From Octopus vulgaris (lineage: Eukaryota), in assembly GCA_951406725.2 (NCBI GenBank), contig OX597829.1, positions 26,970,001 through 27,034,000 on the forward strand: a stretch of 64,000 nucleotides of DNA, written 5' to 3'. Below, piece by piece: positions 51,641 through 64,000 of the stretch; within the stretch, counting starts at the first letter, position 1, and every line of letters begins with the position of its first letter. A program made the translations under genes and the position numbers. The notes beneath the pieces are model-generated. The model was not told where the DNA came from and did not search any database. It worked only from the letters and a program-made list of their open reading frames with translations.

Positions 51641-54144
51641 TAGAACACATTCCAATCTATGATCCGACAGTCAGGCTGGTTTCGTGTCACCTCCACTCAA
51701 GCACTCCCTCGGCACCCATTCTGTTACCTCCCCCTCTCTCCAGTACATCCAGTCCTGCCTCCCCAGAAAGTTGACCGTCTGGAAATTCCCTCCCTGACTT
51801 TTATTTCTCTCCAGCTGCCGTCACCTTGTAATTGCTCAAGCGGAACTTTACTCATGCCGTTACTACTCCGGCTTGCGAAAGCGATGAATACAGCCCCTTA
51901 CTCTTGACCGATCCCATTAAAAAACCATATACAGAATCGTGTATACATATATATTTACACTCACACAATGCACTGCACATTCACACATAATATATATAAT
52001 AGAAAAAGAAAACGGAGAAACTGGCGTATAGACATCAATTCATTTGAACATATTCAATTCTGTACTATATATATATATATATATATACACACACCATAAG
52101 CACAAATGTGTTATGTCTATACACAGGAAACATGCATGGAATGGACTAATAAACATACTGAGGACAGTACACCAGCATGGCCTTGGTCGTGATGGTTTAA
52201 AGAAACTTGTAATATCACGATATTTAGGGAAGAAATAAATATGTGTGCGTGTGTGTGAAATGAAATGATTTCACGAGGAAACAAAATTACGGTAGCATAA
52301 AAATTAACTCTTAACCGAAGAATAACCAATCTACAAATAAATATATAACAAGTGTTTAATAGCCCTTTCGTGAGCTAATGTAACTCGGAAATAAAGTAAA
52401 ACTACTTACATCATAACTTTTGCTAGACTATTACAAGAAAAACTACAAAACATAAATATAACACACATTTATGGTGTGAGGTGGAAACAACTAACTTTAA
52501 AATCTTGATAGTCACTAGGAGTGGGTTATTAATTACACGTCTTTTATAGTATTAAGAAAATTACAGCCTTTATAGTTTTTCAAAAAAAAAAACCTTTTCG
52601 CTACTATATTTAGTATTAAATGTTTAAATTATGCATGACAGAATACATGAAACATAGGTGTTTTTAAAAAAAGTTTTATAAAGTTTTGACTAAACTCAAC
52701 ACACTGTTAAAAAAAAAGCAGACCAAATTAATAAGATACTGGAAAGTTTTATATGGAAAAAGACGAATATAAGAAACTGGAGTAATTAATTAATCACTAG
52801 AAAATGGCATTATTTGTAAATAATTGTAATTATGAAATTTACAGACAAAAAAAAATCATTCAAAAACGGATAACAAAATTTAATTATATTCATTATCATT
52901 TAAGTATAAACACAAATCACAAAACACATTGAATAAAAAAGTTCAGAAATACATTAAATTTAATAACATTGTAAACAACTATTAACAAAACAGCTTACCT
53001 TGATAACTGAGAGTAATAACGTCATTAATGTATGTACAAAAATAATTTTAGTATATCAGGAAAAAAAAATAGGTGCTGTTAGACATTAGCTATAAAGAAG
53101 ACAGTATTTGTATATCGTTCTTCATGTGCGAACAGCAAGGAAAAAACAGTCCACTTCAGTGGAAGATTCATATTTCTGTTTCTGACCTACATCTATCTCT
53201 TAAGATGATGAACGGCCAACAGTTGTTTGATTAACTTCTAATTCTCAACTAAAGTTCTCATGGTTTCTCACACCAACGACCATTTAAACTAATCCCGGAA
53301 CAAGTAACTACAAGAGTTATCGTTCTTGAATTAATTTTTTAAAAAAACGGTGCAACGTGCGCCCCGTGCTTGTTGATACTAGATGGAACGATATGTGACT
53401 GTAACAGACATTCACTCCCGCGACCGCTGTTGTTGTTGTTACTGTTTCATATAGTATTGATGGTGCTGTTAATTTGGTGGTCGTCGATAGGGAGAGGAAA
53501 TGGGAAGTCACAACGGTTATTATACTTTCATTTAACGAATCGGAAGGACTCAATTTACATGTGAGAATCGAAACTTACAGACATGGTGTGGGTATTCGCT
53601 GCTATAATATGCGATTTATTTCTCATGTGAACATGAAGCTGGTTATCTTCAGAGAATGCAAACTACTTGTGAGCTCATGAGTCTGTTAAAGACGTGAAAA
53701 AGAAGAAAAAAAGAAACATACACATACAACTATTGCACACTACTCTACTAAAATAAGTTGTAACTATAATCTGTTGATAAGATAGGGAATAGAATTCAGA
53801 GAGTTGTTCGTGTCTTTCGAAGTTAAATTAGCAAAACCTCTTTTACGGTGATTGTTAAAAAGCTAATTCAAGAATCATACCGGCAATTTTATAGGTTTTT
53901 AGGAAGAAGATATGTCATAACATGTCTCAACATCAAAATGTATTATTTCAGCAAATTATGCGTTATTTTGATATAGCAGAAATTGTTATGATTTATAGAA
54001 AAGGAAATGAAAGTTTTATTCAGAAAGTTGACAGCTTTTATTGAATGATTCCTTCCTGTTCGACAGTGCAAAATAAGTTGGAGACGGTCGGGGTGACCGA
54101 ATCCTTCCGCAGAGTCAATGTTGCCATGTGACAAATATATATAT

Positions 54145-54452
54145 TCTCTCTTTTACTCTTTTACTTGTTTCAGTCATTTGACTGCGGCCATGCTGGAGCA
54201 CCGCCTTTAGTCGAGCAAATCGACCCTGGGACTTATTCTTTTGAAAGCCCAGTACTTATTCTATCGGTCTCTTTTGCCGAACCGCTAAGTGACGGGGACA
54301 TAAACACACCAGCATCGGTTGTCAAGCAATGCTAGGGGGACAAACACAGACACACACACACACATATATATACATATATACGACAGGCTTCTTTCAGTTT
54401 CACTCACAAGGCATTGGTTGGCCCGGGGCTATAGCAGAAGACACTTGCCCAA
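54145..54452 (-). mobile_element. OK-like SINE lacking its head, abutting an RTE tail (54452-54660, +)
   Basis: SINE similarity stops at ACTTGCCCAAG and RTE 3' UTR motifs follow. Confidence 0.8.
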
Positions 54453-55046
54453 GTTGCATGACAACCTCACTTGTGCTATTGGCACAAATAAAGCACCCAG
54501 TAAGAACTGTAAGGTGGCTGGCATTACAAAGGGCATCCAGCCATAAAAATCAACCCAAGGCAGACATTGAAACATAAGGCAGCCCTTGAACCCATCCCAT
54601 CCTGTCAAACCATCTAAACCATGGCAGCATGAAACATCGACATTAAAAGATGATGATGATGACTATGACAACAATGACACTATATCCTCATCTTCTTTCT
54701 TTTATCTCAACTAAAGCCATTAGGTGTCAAGTCAGAACCCTACTTCTCCTCCAGACAAATATTTCCAAATGCTGCTTAATAAAACAGTTAAGTGTGCACC
54801 ACAGAAATATGAGTGTTGAATACAGTTTGAACTTAGGCCCTAATTTACATGGTAATGTGTCATGCATTGTAGTATATATTCAAATACATATTTTTAATCA
54901 AATTTTGGAGAAGTAAGAGATAAAATATTTATTCCATATGTATACAGCTGTTTCAAAATCTTGATAGCTGTACACTTGGTTGAGAGTTTACCATTTGTTC
55001 TGTTTGATTCTTTGAATATCTATTCCTGTTTATATATGTATATATC

Positions 55047-55263
55047 GTGGCACTCTGGCGGTTACCATGACGAGGGTCCCAGTTGATCCAATCAACAGAA
55101 CAGCCTGCACATGAAATTAACATGCAAGTGGCTGAGCACTCCACATACATGTGTACACTTAACGTAGTTTTCAGAGAGATTCAGCATGACACAGAGTGTG
55201 ACAAGGCTGGCTCTTTGAAATACAGGTACAACAGAAACTGGAAGAAAGAGTGACAGAAAGTTG
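55047..55263 (+). mobile_element. Third SINE type, 3' part (possibly Nin/Deu domain)
   Basis: CAGCCTGCACATGAAATTAACATGCAAGTGGCTGAGCACTCCAC...GTGTGACAAGGCTGG resembles a common octopus SINE from memory; single copy here, domain assignment unverified. Confidence 0.5.
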
Positions 55264-55264
55264 T

Positions 55265-57140
55265 AACATTAGTGACTGAGGTAGAGTTCAACACAGCTAC
55301 AAAGTGATCTTTCCATTGTTTCAAGATGTAAGATTTGTCAGTCAACAGTAACACCATAAAAGGCTTTAAAATGCTTTCTGTCTGCAGCTTCTTGGAATTC
55401 AGTAGCCTTGGAAGACCACCAAGCCTCTTTTCACCTGCATCAGAGCACGTTGGACCTGGCCTCTGCATTTCTTATAAGCATTCTCTTTTCTGGATGAGCT
55501 CTTATTATTTATCCATGTTTTATGAGAGCTATGCATTTTGTTATCGACTGCTGGACATCTGTGTTGCTATCACTGAACCAGTCTTGATATTTATGAACAG
55601 GAAGTCCCAGAACCTTTACAGGTGCAAAGTGTGTTGCATCACGCAGAACCTTCCAAGATGATTCTATGTCATCACTGATATCAACAGTGTTGAATGCATT
55701 GTCCAACTTGATAGAGAACTCAACCTACTCTTCAATTTGCTTAGACACTGATGTCTTTTGTAGTCTTGTGTTCAGGAGGAATGTAACCTTACTATGAAGA
55801 AGAAAATGGTCTGAGAGATAGCAGGTGTTATGAAAGGAACATGTAATGTTAAAGTCCCTAATATCTCACTTCTTGATGATAACAGTCTCTGAGATACCAA
55901 TCCTTAGATCTTGGATGCATCCACGTTGTCTTGCAACAATTTCGCTGTTGAAAAGGTATTTGTGATGCTTAGACTGAATTCCCTGCAGATGGAGAGCACA
56001 TGCAGACTGCTGGAGTTCATTTGACCTACACTATGGTGACCCAAGTACACCCTCCCATGCCTGATAGTCAGTACCAACACAAGCATTATAGGATAGGTTT
56101 ATCCTTATGGTGACAACTGGAGATAACATAACAGAGTTGGCTGTAAAATTCATCCTTTTTCTGCTCAGTGCTGGCCATGGTTGGAGCATAGCAACTGACA
56201 AGCATAGCACAAATGTTGTGATCAAGTTCCAACATTAGTGTCATGATACAATCAGAAATACTTTTGGGTAGAGAAAGAAGGCATCTAGCTATTTCTGTCT
56301 TGATGGCAAAACCAACATCAGAGTGGTGTGGCCCATCCTCATTTCTTCCACACCAGAAAAATATGTATCCACCTTTACTTTCTTTGAACTGTGGTGATCC
56401 TGTAAGATGAGTTTCACTGAGTGCAGCTATGTCAATGTTGTATTTCTTCAAGGACAACCAGTGCTGTTTTTCATTCTGGTGCTGAGTGATTGTTTTGGAG
56501 AGAGTACACATTCCAAGAACCAAGGTTAATGTTCTTAGATTTCTTCATGTTTCAAATGTGTTACTGAATAATCGCAGTTGGATAGCAAGTTTAAGCTGAG
56601 TAAGCAATATTTAGGGCTCCTTTTCTCACTCCTCCTCCTGTTGGGGAAAGCAGTGCTGTATCTAAATAGACCTACTTTGTCACCACTACAGGACACAGAC
56701 TGCACAGTTACTTGCTGGAACACCCATCACTCAATGGTCACCGACTGTGTAGAGATCCAGCAAGAGTCTTCCAGTAATATCCTTTACCTGTCCCTACCGA
56801 TCTCACTCACTTCCCAGGGACTTCGAGTTTTTGCAAGTTGGAACTGTACAGTATTGAATGAATAGATGCAAGTTGTCAGAAAACCCACACATATGGTTTG
56901 ATTTAAGTGTTGAAGGCTTGTGAAGAACCAGCTACACTTTTTGGAAGTGATGATAGCAAGGGTATGGTGCACATATGTGCCACAATACCAAGAACAACAC
57001 ACTTCAGGCTTTTTCTTCAGAAGTTTCCATCTCTGATAGTACAACCTTGTTAAGGAGATCCTCAGCAACCAAAGACCTGGTTTTATACCAGAGTTTCCCC
57101 CTCCCAGATGGGATGCCTTCTCCATGGTTAAGGAGCCCCA
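55265..57140 (-). pseudogene. 5' part of an RTE-clade LINE: APE endonuclease domain and 5' region
   Basis: LKKYNIDIAALSETHL...GYIFFWCG...VGFAIK...ISDCIMTL...VSCYAPT...KKDEFYSQL, then HQAWEGVLG, LSITNTF and KYQDWFSDSN; frameshifted. The part above ~56540 is only tentatively assigned as 5' UTR. Confidence 0.85.
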
Positions 57141-58449
57141 TCTGGTAGACAGAAACTGAAAGAAGCCCGTCCTATATGTATATATATGTTTGTGTGTCTG
57201 TGTTTGTCCTCCCAATTTTCCTTAACAACTGATGCTGGTGTGTTTACTTCCCCATAACTTGGCAGTTCAGCAAAATAGATCGATAGAATAAGTACTAAGT
57301 TTACAACGAATGAGTCATGGGGTCGATTTGCTCAACTAAAAATGTTGCTCCAGCATGGCCACAGTCAAATATGTATATGCATATATATATATATATATAT
57401 ATAGCGCAACCATGTGAGATGTTATCTCTGGACAAATACTGTAGTATTTTGCCTGCCAACAGGTATGATACATAAATGTTTATGTTCATTCCCACACACA
57501 TTCAAATTTAGTTTATAAAGTGGGAACACTAGCAAAAATACTATTAGAACATACAAACTACCCTCCTGCTACTCTCTCAGATTTATCTCCCATAAGTTGA
57601 ATCTCTCATCCAAATCATATTTGGCTATTTTCATCATAATATTTAATGGAGAGCTGTACATTTTTCTTCTCTTTCACTTTCTATTTCAAATTAGCATCAA
57701 TGCTGATGAGGTTTGAAACACAGAAGAAAAAAACCCCAGTTCTTAGTCCTTTTATCCTCATCTGCTCTGCCACCTTTTTTGGCATAATGCCATAGAAATG
57801 TATTTGCTTTTATGGTAGACAAGGACAACGGCCAGATCAGTTATGCATGCTATAACAGCTGTATGCCATTCAGAGATCTGTGGATACTAAATGAATACAA
57901 AAAGTACAGAACTGTCATTGTTCATGTATTTTCAGACACATCTGGCTAACAGCCATGCTATGTATGTAGAATGTATACAGCACCAACAATGACACCCACT
58001 TGTACACTCAGTCCAAGAATTTTGGGAAATTATCCATATTTTTCCAACCTAGAAATCTTTTGGATTTTTAGCAAAAGCCATTCAACAGAACATTACAGAC
58101 ACCCAGAATATCTCCAATTACATTGTGCACTCCTTCCATTAATCTATTGTGGGGTGCAAGATTAGACATTTTACTGAATGCCTTGCTCAACTAGGAGAGG
58201 GTTATGACTACATGGCAGCACTCAACCTCAGTTCATGTGGCAATCAGCATTATAGCTCAGTTAAATAGAAAAAAATGTAGGAAAACATGTCTAATAATGG
58301 TCATCCCTATTCACTGCTATAGTATCCTGTGGATACTGTGAAGGCACATGATATGGTGGTGAGAGTGTTGCCCTATGGTTTCAATTCCTAGACTAGCTAT
58401 GCATTGTGTTCTCAAGCAAAACACTTATTATAATAATAATTATTATTAT

Positions 58450-59235
58450 TATAGAATCTTTTTTTGCTACAGGCCCAAGAGCTGAAAGTTTGGAGAAGAG
58501 CCTAGTCAATTACATTGACCCCCCAATGTTCAACTGCTATTTATTTTATCAGCCCTGGGGGGAAAAAAATGAAAAGCAAAGTCAAGCTCAGAGGAATTTG
58601 AACTCAGAGCATGAAGAGCAGCAAGAAATGCCGGTCTGACATGCTTACAATTCAGCCAGCTTGCTGCCTTAATGATAATAAGAATCCTTTCTACAATAGG
58701 CACAAGGCTTGGAATTTGGGGGAGGGGGATAGTCGATTACATTGATCCCAGTACTCAACTGGAACTTGTTTTATTGATCCCAAAAGGATGAAAGGCAAAA
58801 ATCAACCTCAGCAGAATTTGAACTCAGAATGTAAAGACGGATGAAATGCCTAAGCATTTTTCCCAGTATGCTAATGATTCTGTCAGCTCACTGACTTAAT
58901 AATAATAATAATAATAACAACAACAACAATAATTCTTTCTAAATTTGGCATAAACCCAGTAATCTTGAGGGGGAAAATGAAAAGTAATGTTAACTTGGTG
59001 AAGTTAGATGACAGAACATAAAATGCCAGAAGAAATGCCACTAAGCATTTTGTCTGAAATGCTAGTAATTCTGCCAGCTTGTCACTTTAATAATAATAGG
59101 GATGGTTTCAAATTTTAGCACAAGGCCAGGAATTTTGGGGAGGATAAGTTGATTACATTGACACCCACCCCCTAGTGCTCAACTTGTACTTATCTCATCA
59201 ACCTTGAAGGGATGAAAAGCAATGTCGACAATGGC
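58450..59235 (-). mobile_element. Four tandem Meta-like SINE copies separated by (TAA)n
   Basis: Repeated AAAGGATGAAAGGCAAA...GAATTTGAACTCAGA...CTGCCAGCT..CTGCCTTAATAAT units. Confidence 0.8.
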
Positions 59236-59386
59236 AAAATTGATAATAACAATAATAATAATTATTGTTGTTATATATTCATCATTATCATCGTTATTGT
59301 TGTTGTCATCGTCATCATCATCATCATCATCACCATCATCATCATCACCATCATCATCATCACCATCATCATTATTATTATTATTC

Positions 59387-59733
59387 AGTAGTCTTATTTT
59401 TATCATGTGCTTTCACTGCACTACTAAGTGCAGCTCTTTGGGTATGTTCTGTGGTTTGTTGGGGTGCTCTTATTTTCACAGTATTGAAAGTGTTTTATAT
59501 AGGATGTGTGCGGTGCCTAGTAGTGCTACTTTCTATATGTTATATATACTTGTAAGTCCTCATGTTTTTGCTATGTATTTGTATGAATGTTTTTTATCAT
59601 ATCTAATGCACCTACTATGATAGGAACTCTTTCTCTTTCTAGGCTCCACATTCAAGTTAACTCTATTTCCACTGCTTTGTATTTTGGAAGTTTCACTGTT
59701 TCTTTTAGAGAAACATTGTCATCTGTTGGTATC
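59387..59733 (-). pseudogene. R4/Dong-clade retrotransposon 3' fragment 1
   Basis: IPTDDNVSLKETVKLPKYK...VPIIVGALDMIK...KVALLGTAHILYKTLSI; 3' UTR ends in (AAT)n. Confidence 0.82.
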
Positions 59734-60125
59734 TCTTTTACTCTTTTACTTGTTTCAGTCATTTGACTGTGGTCATGCTGGGGCACCGCCTTTAGTTGAG
59801 CAAATCGACCCCAGGACTTATTCTTTGTAAGCCTAGTACTTATTCTATCTGTCTCTTTTTTGCTAAACCACTAAGTTACAGGGACATAAACACACCAGCA
59901 TTGGTTGTCAAGCGATGTTGGGGGGACAAACACAGACACATAAGTATACACGCACATACATATATACGACGGGCTTCTTTCAGTTTCCATCTACCAAATC
60001 CACTCACAAGGCTTTGGCCGGCCCAAGGCTATAGTAGAAGACACTTGCCCAAGATGCCATGCAGTGGAACTGAACCCGGAACCATGTGGTTCATAAGCAA
60101 GCTACTTACCACACAGTCACTCCTA
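59734..60125 (-). mobile_element. OK-like SINE
   Basis: Reverse-complement match to the family. Confidence 0.9.
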
Positions 60126-60395
60126 TTATTATCATTATCGATTATTATTATCATCATTATTCATCATCATCATCATCATCGTTTAGCATCCGCTTTCTAT
60201 GCTAGCATGGGTTGGATGGTTCAACTGGGGTCTGGGAAGCCAGAAGGCTGCACCAGGCCCAGACTGATCTGGCAATGTTTCTACGGTTGGATGCCCTTCC
60301 TAATGCCAACCACTCCGTGACTGTAGTGGGTGCTTTTTACGTGCCACCGGCACAGATGCCAGACGAGGCTTTCAAATGGCCATGATCAGATGGTG

Positions 60396-60431
<36 letters not shown>

Positions 60432-60762
60432 GTATAGTATGAGTTTTTCTTCTTTCAGTTTTGTTTCCATTTCTTCCCAAGTGTCTTCCTGATTCCTAGG
60501 GCAAAGCAGCTCACTTTATACATTGATAGGCCACTAAACTAAACACACCAGATTGTTCATTTTCAAAATGAAATGAAGTTATGTGTAAAAAAATGATTAG
60601 TTGCTTTTCATTCTTTCAGGGTTAATAAAGTAAGTACCAGATAAACACCGAGATTGACATAATGAACTTACCTCTCCTCTAAAATTGCCAGCTGTGTGCC
60701 AAAATTTGAAACCAATACATTTCTTCTTCTTCTTTTTCTTCTTCTTCTTCTTCTTCTTCTTC

Positions 60763-60822
<60 letters not shown>

Positions 60823-60823
<1 letters not shown>

Positions 60824-61265
60824 TGATTTCCTTTCATTATGGCTTTATTTCAGCTGCCTTAATACCGGGCATCCTCCAGAGGCCAAGAGTAGCAAGGGCA
60901 CTTTTTTTTTTTTGCTATGCATGCTAAAATTATCACCACATTTATGCCATTTTAGATGGAGAGTGCTCTCCGTAGTAGGTGGGTTGTACCCATCAAGGTT
61001 ATCTTTTGTAGTTCATGGAGATTGGACTTACCAGGGACTTGCTTAATATATATTTCCCAGCTCTCTTTTTCTTTCATTCCCAATGCCCCAATTACTATTG
61101 GTACTATGCCTTTCTTGAGACATTTTGATCTTGTGGGACAGACATATCTATTAACAGACAAGTTCCTCTGTTGTGTAGTCCTTGATTATAATGTCTAGTT
61201 GATTGGAGTCAATTTTTCTGTCTGTATTGGAAACTTCCAAAGGATGGTGATGCCCTCCTCATTTT
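60823..61265 (-). pseudogene. R4/Dong-clade 3' fragment 2
   Basis: EEGITILWKF...IVPIVIGALGM...VPGKSNLHELQKITLMGTTHLLRRALSI*. Confidence 0.82.
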
Positions 61266-61309
61266 TATTGCTGTTGTTGTTGTTGTTGTTGTTGTTATTA
61301 TTATTTTAT

Positions 61310-61714
61310 TGTCTTTGCACAGCTTCTAATGCTGGAGATGTATTGTGGTGTCAGCTGTTCACTACCAGTGAACTAAGGTAACAACCCTTATTTTTCGAGC
61401 ACCACCCAGAATATTCAAGCCATTCCAAGCAGTGCTATTTTCTGCAAGTGATCCACCCTTATTGCAGCCCCTATTTGTTTCATATACTTCACAAGATTTT
61501 TACTCACTGTTCCCAGGGCTCCGACAATTATTGGCACTACTAGTGTGTTTTTCAGCAACCACAACTGCTTAAACTCCCAAGCTAACCTGTTATATCTATT
61601 GACCTTTCTTTCTTCCTTATCGCATACCTTGTTGTCAGCTGGGCATGTTATATCTATGATCCAGCATCATTTGCTTTCTTTCTCATTTAACACTATGTCT
61701 GGTTTCCTATTTCC
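61310..61714 (-). pseudogene. R4/Dong-clade 3' fragment 3
   Basis: NRKPDIVL...WIIDITCPADNKVCDKEERKVNRYNRLAWEFKQLW...VPIIVGALGTVSK...LQKIALLG. Confidence 0.82.
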
Positions 61715-61781
61715 TATTATTATCATTATTATTATTATTATTATCTTTACTACTATTATTATCATCATCATTATTATTATT

Positions 61782-62570
61782 CATGCTGTGCTTGAATGTT
61801 TTTCATTTAGAATCAATGTCCTTGATACTGGGTCACAACCAGTTTGATTTAAATATCAATGACCTTTCTTAAAATCCTTGCTGTTCCCAATTGAGCAGAT
61901 TTCTAAATCAATGCAACTCTTGTAGTTACACCTATCCCAATAAAGGAGCTTTTAACTCTGATGGTAACAGCACCTATGACAACTGGGATTACGTTTGTAG
62001 AAACCCTCTTCAGTCGCCATATTTCCCAAGCCAAGTTCTGGTATTTTCCAATTTTCTCCTTTTCTTCGACTGCAACATTAATGTCTGCAGATATAGCCAC
62101 ATCTATGATGGTGCACTCTTTCTTTCCCTCATCGTGAACCATAATATCTGGTTGCCTGGCATGAATTTCACAATCAGTCTGTACATTAAAATCCCACAAA
62201 ATCTTGTAATGATCATTCTCTGGTCATTAATGGTCATTCTGATTGATGTTGGTACCATTTTCTTTCTACTTTAAATCATTGCCATAATATGTCCCAGTGT
62301 TGTGTCTTGTCCACATAGCTGTGTCTGTGTCCGTACTCCTTCTGTGCCAAAGGACTACAGGAACAAATGTACATAATGGATTCCTCTTTCTCATTAACTA
62401 CTCTGCACTTTACACTTTCCAAGGATTTGTCTATTATGGCATTAATGGTATTTGTCTGCAATGACTGACTTTGAGCAGCCATTATGAGTCCTTCTGTTAC
62501 TTTCTGAAGTTCCCCCATTCTTCAGCCATAACCAAGACTCCTCTGCTGTGATGTACTGTATTTGTCTAAG
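61782..62570 (-). pseudogene. R4/Dong-clade 3' fragment 4 (CCHC region and restriction-like endonuclease)
   Basis: SWLWLKNGELQKVTEGLIMAAQSQSL...KCR...EESIMYICSCSPLAQKEYGHRH; WDFNVQTDCEIHARQPDI...IIDVA...EKEKIGKYQNL...VIPVVIGA. Confidence 0.88.
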
Positions 62571-62572
62571 AC

Positions 62573-62638
<66 letters not shown>

Positions 62639-62856
62639 CACTACTACAGAAGCAGGCTGGCAGAATCGTTAGCACACTGGACAGAGTGCCTAGTGGTATT
62701 TCATCCATCTTTTACTTTCTGAGTTCAAATTCCCCCAAGGTAATCTTTGATTTTCATCCTTTTGGGGTTGATAAAATAAGTACCAGTCATAATAAATTTA
62801 TTCATCCCTTGAACTTGTTGACCTTGTACCAAATTTTCAACTCATTATTATTATTA

Positions 62857-63492
62857 TTCTATGTTTGACTTTTGCTTTATATTTGTACAAGTTGGCTCCA
62901 AGTCTCACCCAGAGACCTCAAGAGACAACAGGGTTGGAAGTTCATGTTGTTGTTATGCCTAGTGTGCCATATATTTGGGGGGTGGGGATGTTGTACTAAT
63001 GAATGTCTAAAAAGAAAAAAAAAAGTTTTTTTTTTTTTTTAAACCGAAAATTATGTTTGTTTTAAACCTTGAGATTACATAGAGAGTATTTTGCGTAGGA
63101 TATGAGCAGTTCCCATGAGCACTATCTTTTGAACTTCTGCCATTTTTGGGTTTCCTGGTATCTGAGTTAGGTAGCTATCAGCCCCTTTTGCTATCATTCC
63201 CAGGGCACCTATGACAACAGGTATTGTTTTAGTCTTCAGCTTCCACATTTTGCTGATTTCTATTTCAAGATCTTTATATTTGCTCAGTTTTTGGTAGGTC
63301 TTGACAGATACGTTTATATCGATTGGGACAGTCATATCAATGAGGAGGCATGTTCTTTGTTTGAAGTTTTTCAATATGATGTCTGGCCTATTTGCATCTA
63401 TCTTCCTGTCAGTTTGAATGGTGAAGTTCCAGAGGAGTGAGATGTGGTCATTTTCAAGCACTGGGGGTGGTTTGTGTTCCCACCAGTTTTTT

Positions 63493-63495
<3 letters not shown>
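62857..63495 (-). pseudogene. R4/Dong-clade 3' fragment 5, endonuclease frame intact
   Basis: WWEHKPPPVLENDHISLLWNFTIQTDRKIDANRPDII...LLIDMTVP...KLSKYKDLEIEISKMW...IPVVIGALG...QKIVLMGTAHILRKILSM*; (AAT)n at both ends; its 3' UTR recurs at 63812-63900. Confidence 0.92.
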
Positions 63496-63541
<46 letters not shown>

Positions 63542-63566
63542 CACTATTATTAATATTATTATTAAA

Positions 63567-63795
63567 ACAGCGAGCTAGCAGAGCCAATAGCACACCAGAC
63601 AAAATGCTTAGTAGATTTCACCTATCTTTACATTCTTTACACTCAGATTCCACCAAGGTTGATTTTAATTTTCCATCCTTCCAGAGTGGATAAAATAAGT
63701 ACCAGTCAAGCACTGAGTCAATGTTATCAACTTCGCCTACCCTAAAAAAAAAAATTAATAAAAGCTACTAGCTTTTGCCAAAATTTGAAACCATC
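63567..63795 (+). mobile_element. Meta-like SINE (another copy at ~62650-62845)
   Basis: CAGCGAGCTAGCAGA head, TTCCATCCTTCCAGAGTGGATAAAATAAGTACCAG core, (ATT)n tail. Confidence 0.75.
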
Positions 63796-63905
63796 ATTAT
63801 TATTATTATTATTCTATGTTTGTCTTTTGCTTTATATTTGCACAAGTTGGCTCCAAGTCTCACCCAGAGACCTAAAGAGACAACAGGTTGGAAGTTCGTG
63901 TTATT

Positions 63906-63958
<53 letters not shown>

Positions 63959-64000
63959 ATTTTCCTTAAAATAAAGAGTAGGTGTAAAAACTTTTGGTTT

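Noticed and set aside
53943-54134. 63-aa ORF in unique sequence
   Set aside because: No recognisable domain and no supporting splice structure.
57700-57730. CTGATGAggtttGAAA hammerhead-like string
   Set aside because: No room for stem II and no complementary stem I or III.
59179-59620. Poly-Asp, poly-His and poly-Ser ORFs
   Set aside because: Translations of (CAT)n and (ATT)n repeats.

Overview
AT-rich, repeat-dense eukaryotic DNA. The SINE families and (TA)n/(CA)n/(TAA)n microsatellites point to an octopus (coleoid cephalopod) intronic or intergenic region; this is recognition from memory, not a search. I found no convincing host protein-coding exon, and almost all ORF-track entries are artefacts of SINEs and microsatellites. 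Contents: (1) more than 20 copies of a ~400-bp tRNA-derived SINE with an internal (TA/TG)n tract; (2) about 12 copies of a second tRNA-derived SINE with a Meta-like core; (3) decayed RTE, CR1 and R4/Dong LINE fragments; (4) a Penelope-like element (PLE) fragment; (5) piggyBac-type (TTAA) and Tc1/mariner/pogo-type (TA) MITEs. The most striking signal is a set of short non-coding inserts in or beside (TA)n tracts that carry type I hammerhead ribozyme (HHR) motifs. One is fully canonical (24239-24287), one has a G3:C8 compensatory swap in the catalytic core (12034-12083), and several are arranged as long near-perfect palindromes that fold back at the ribozyme. Also notable: five different R4/Dong retrotransposons stacked co-oriented in a (TAA)n region, a CR1 LINE tail that matches the SINE tail, and a nested stack of TTAA MITEs. 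Coordinates were counted by hand; boundaries of old repeats are approximate.
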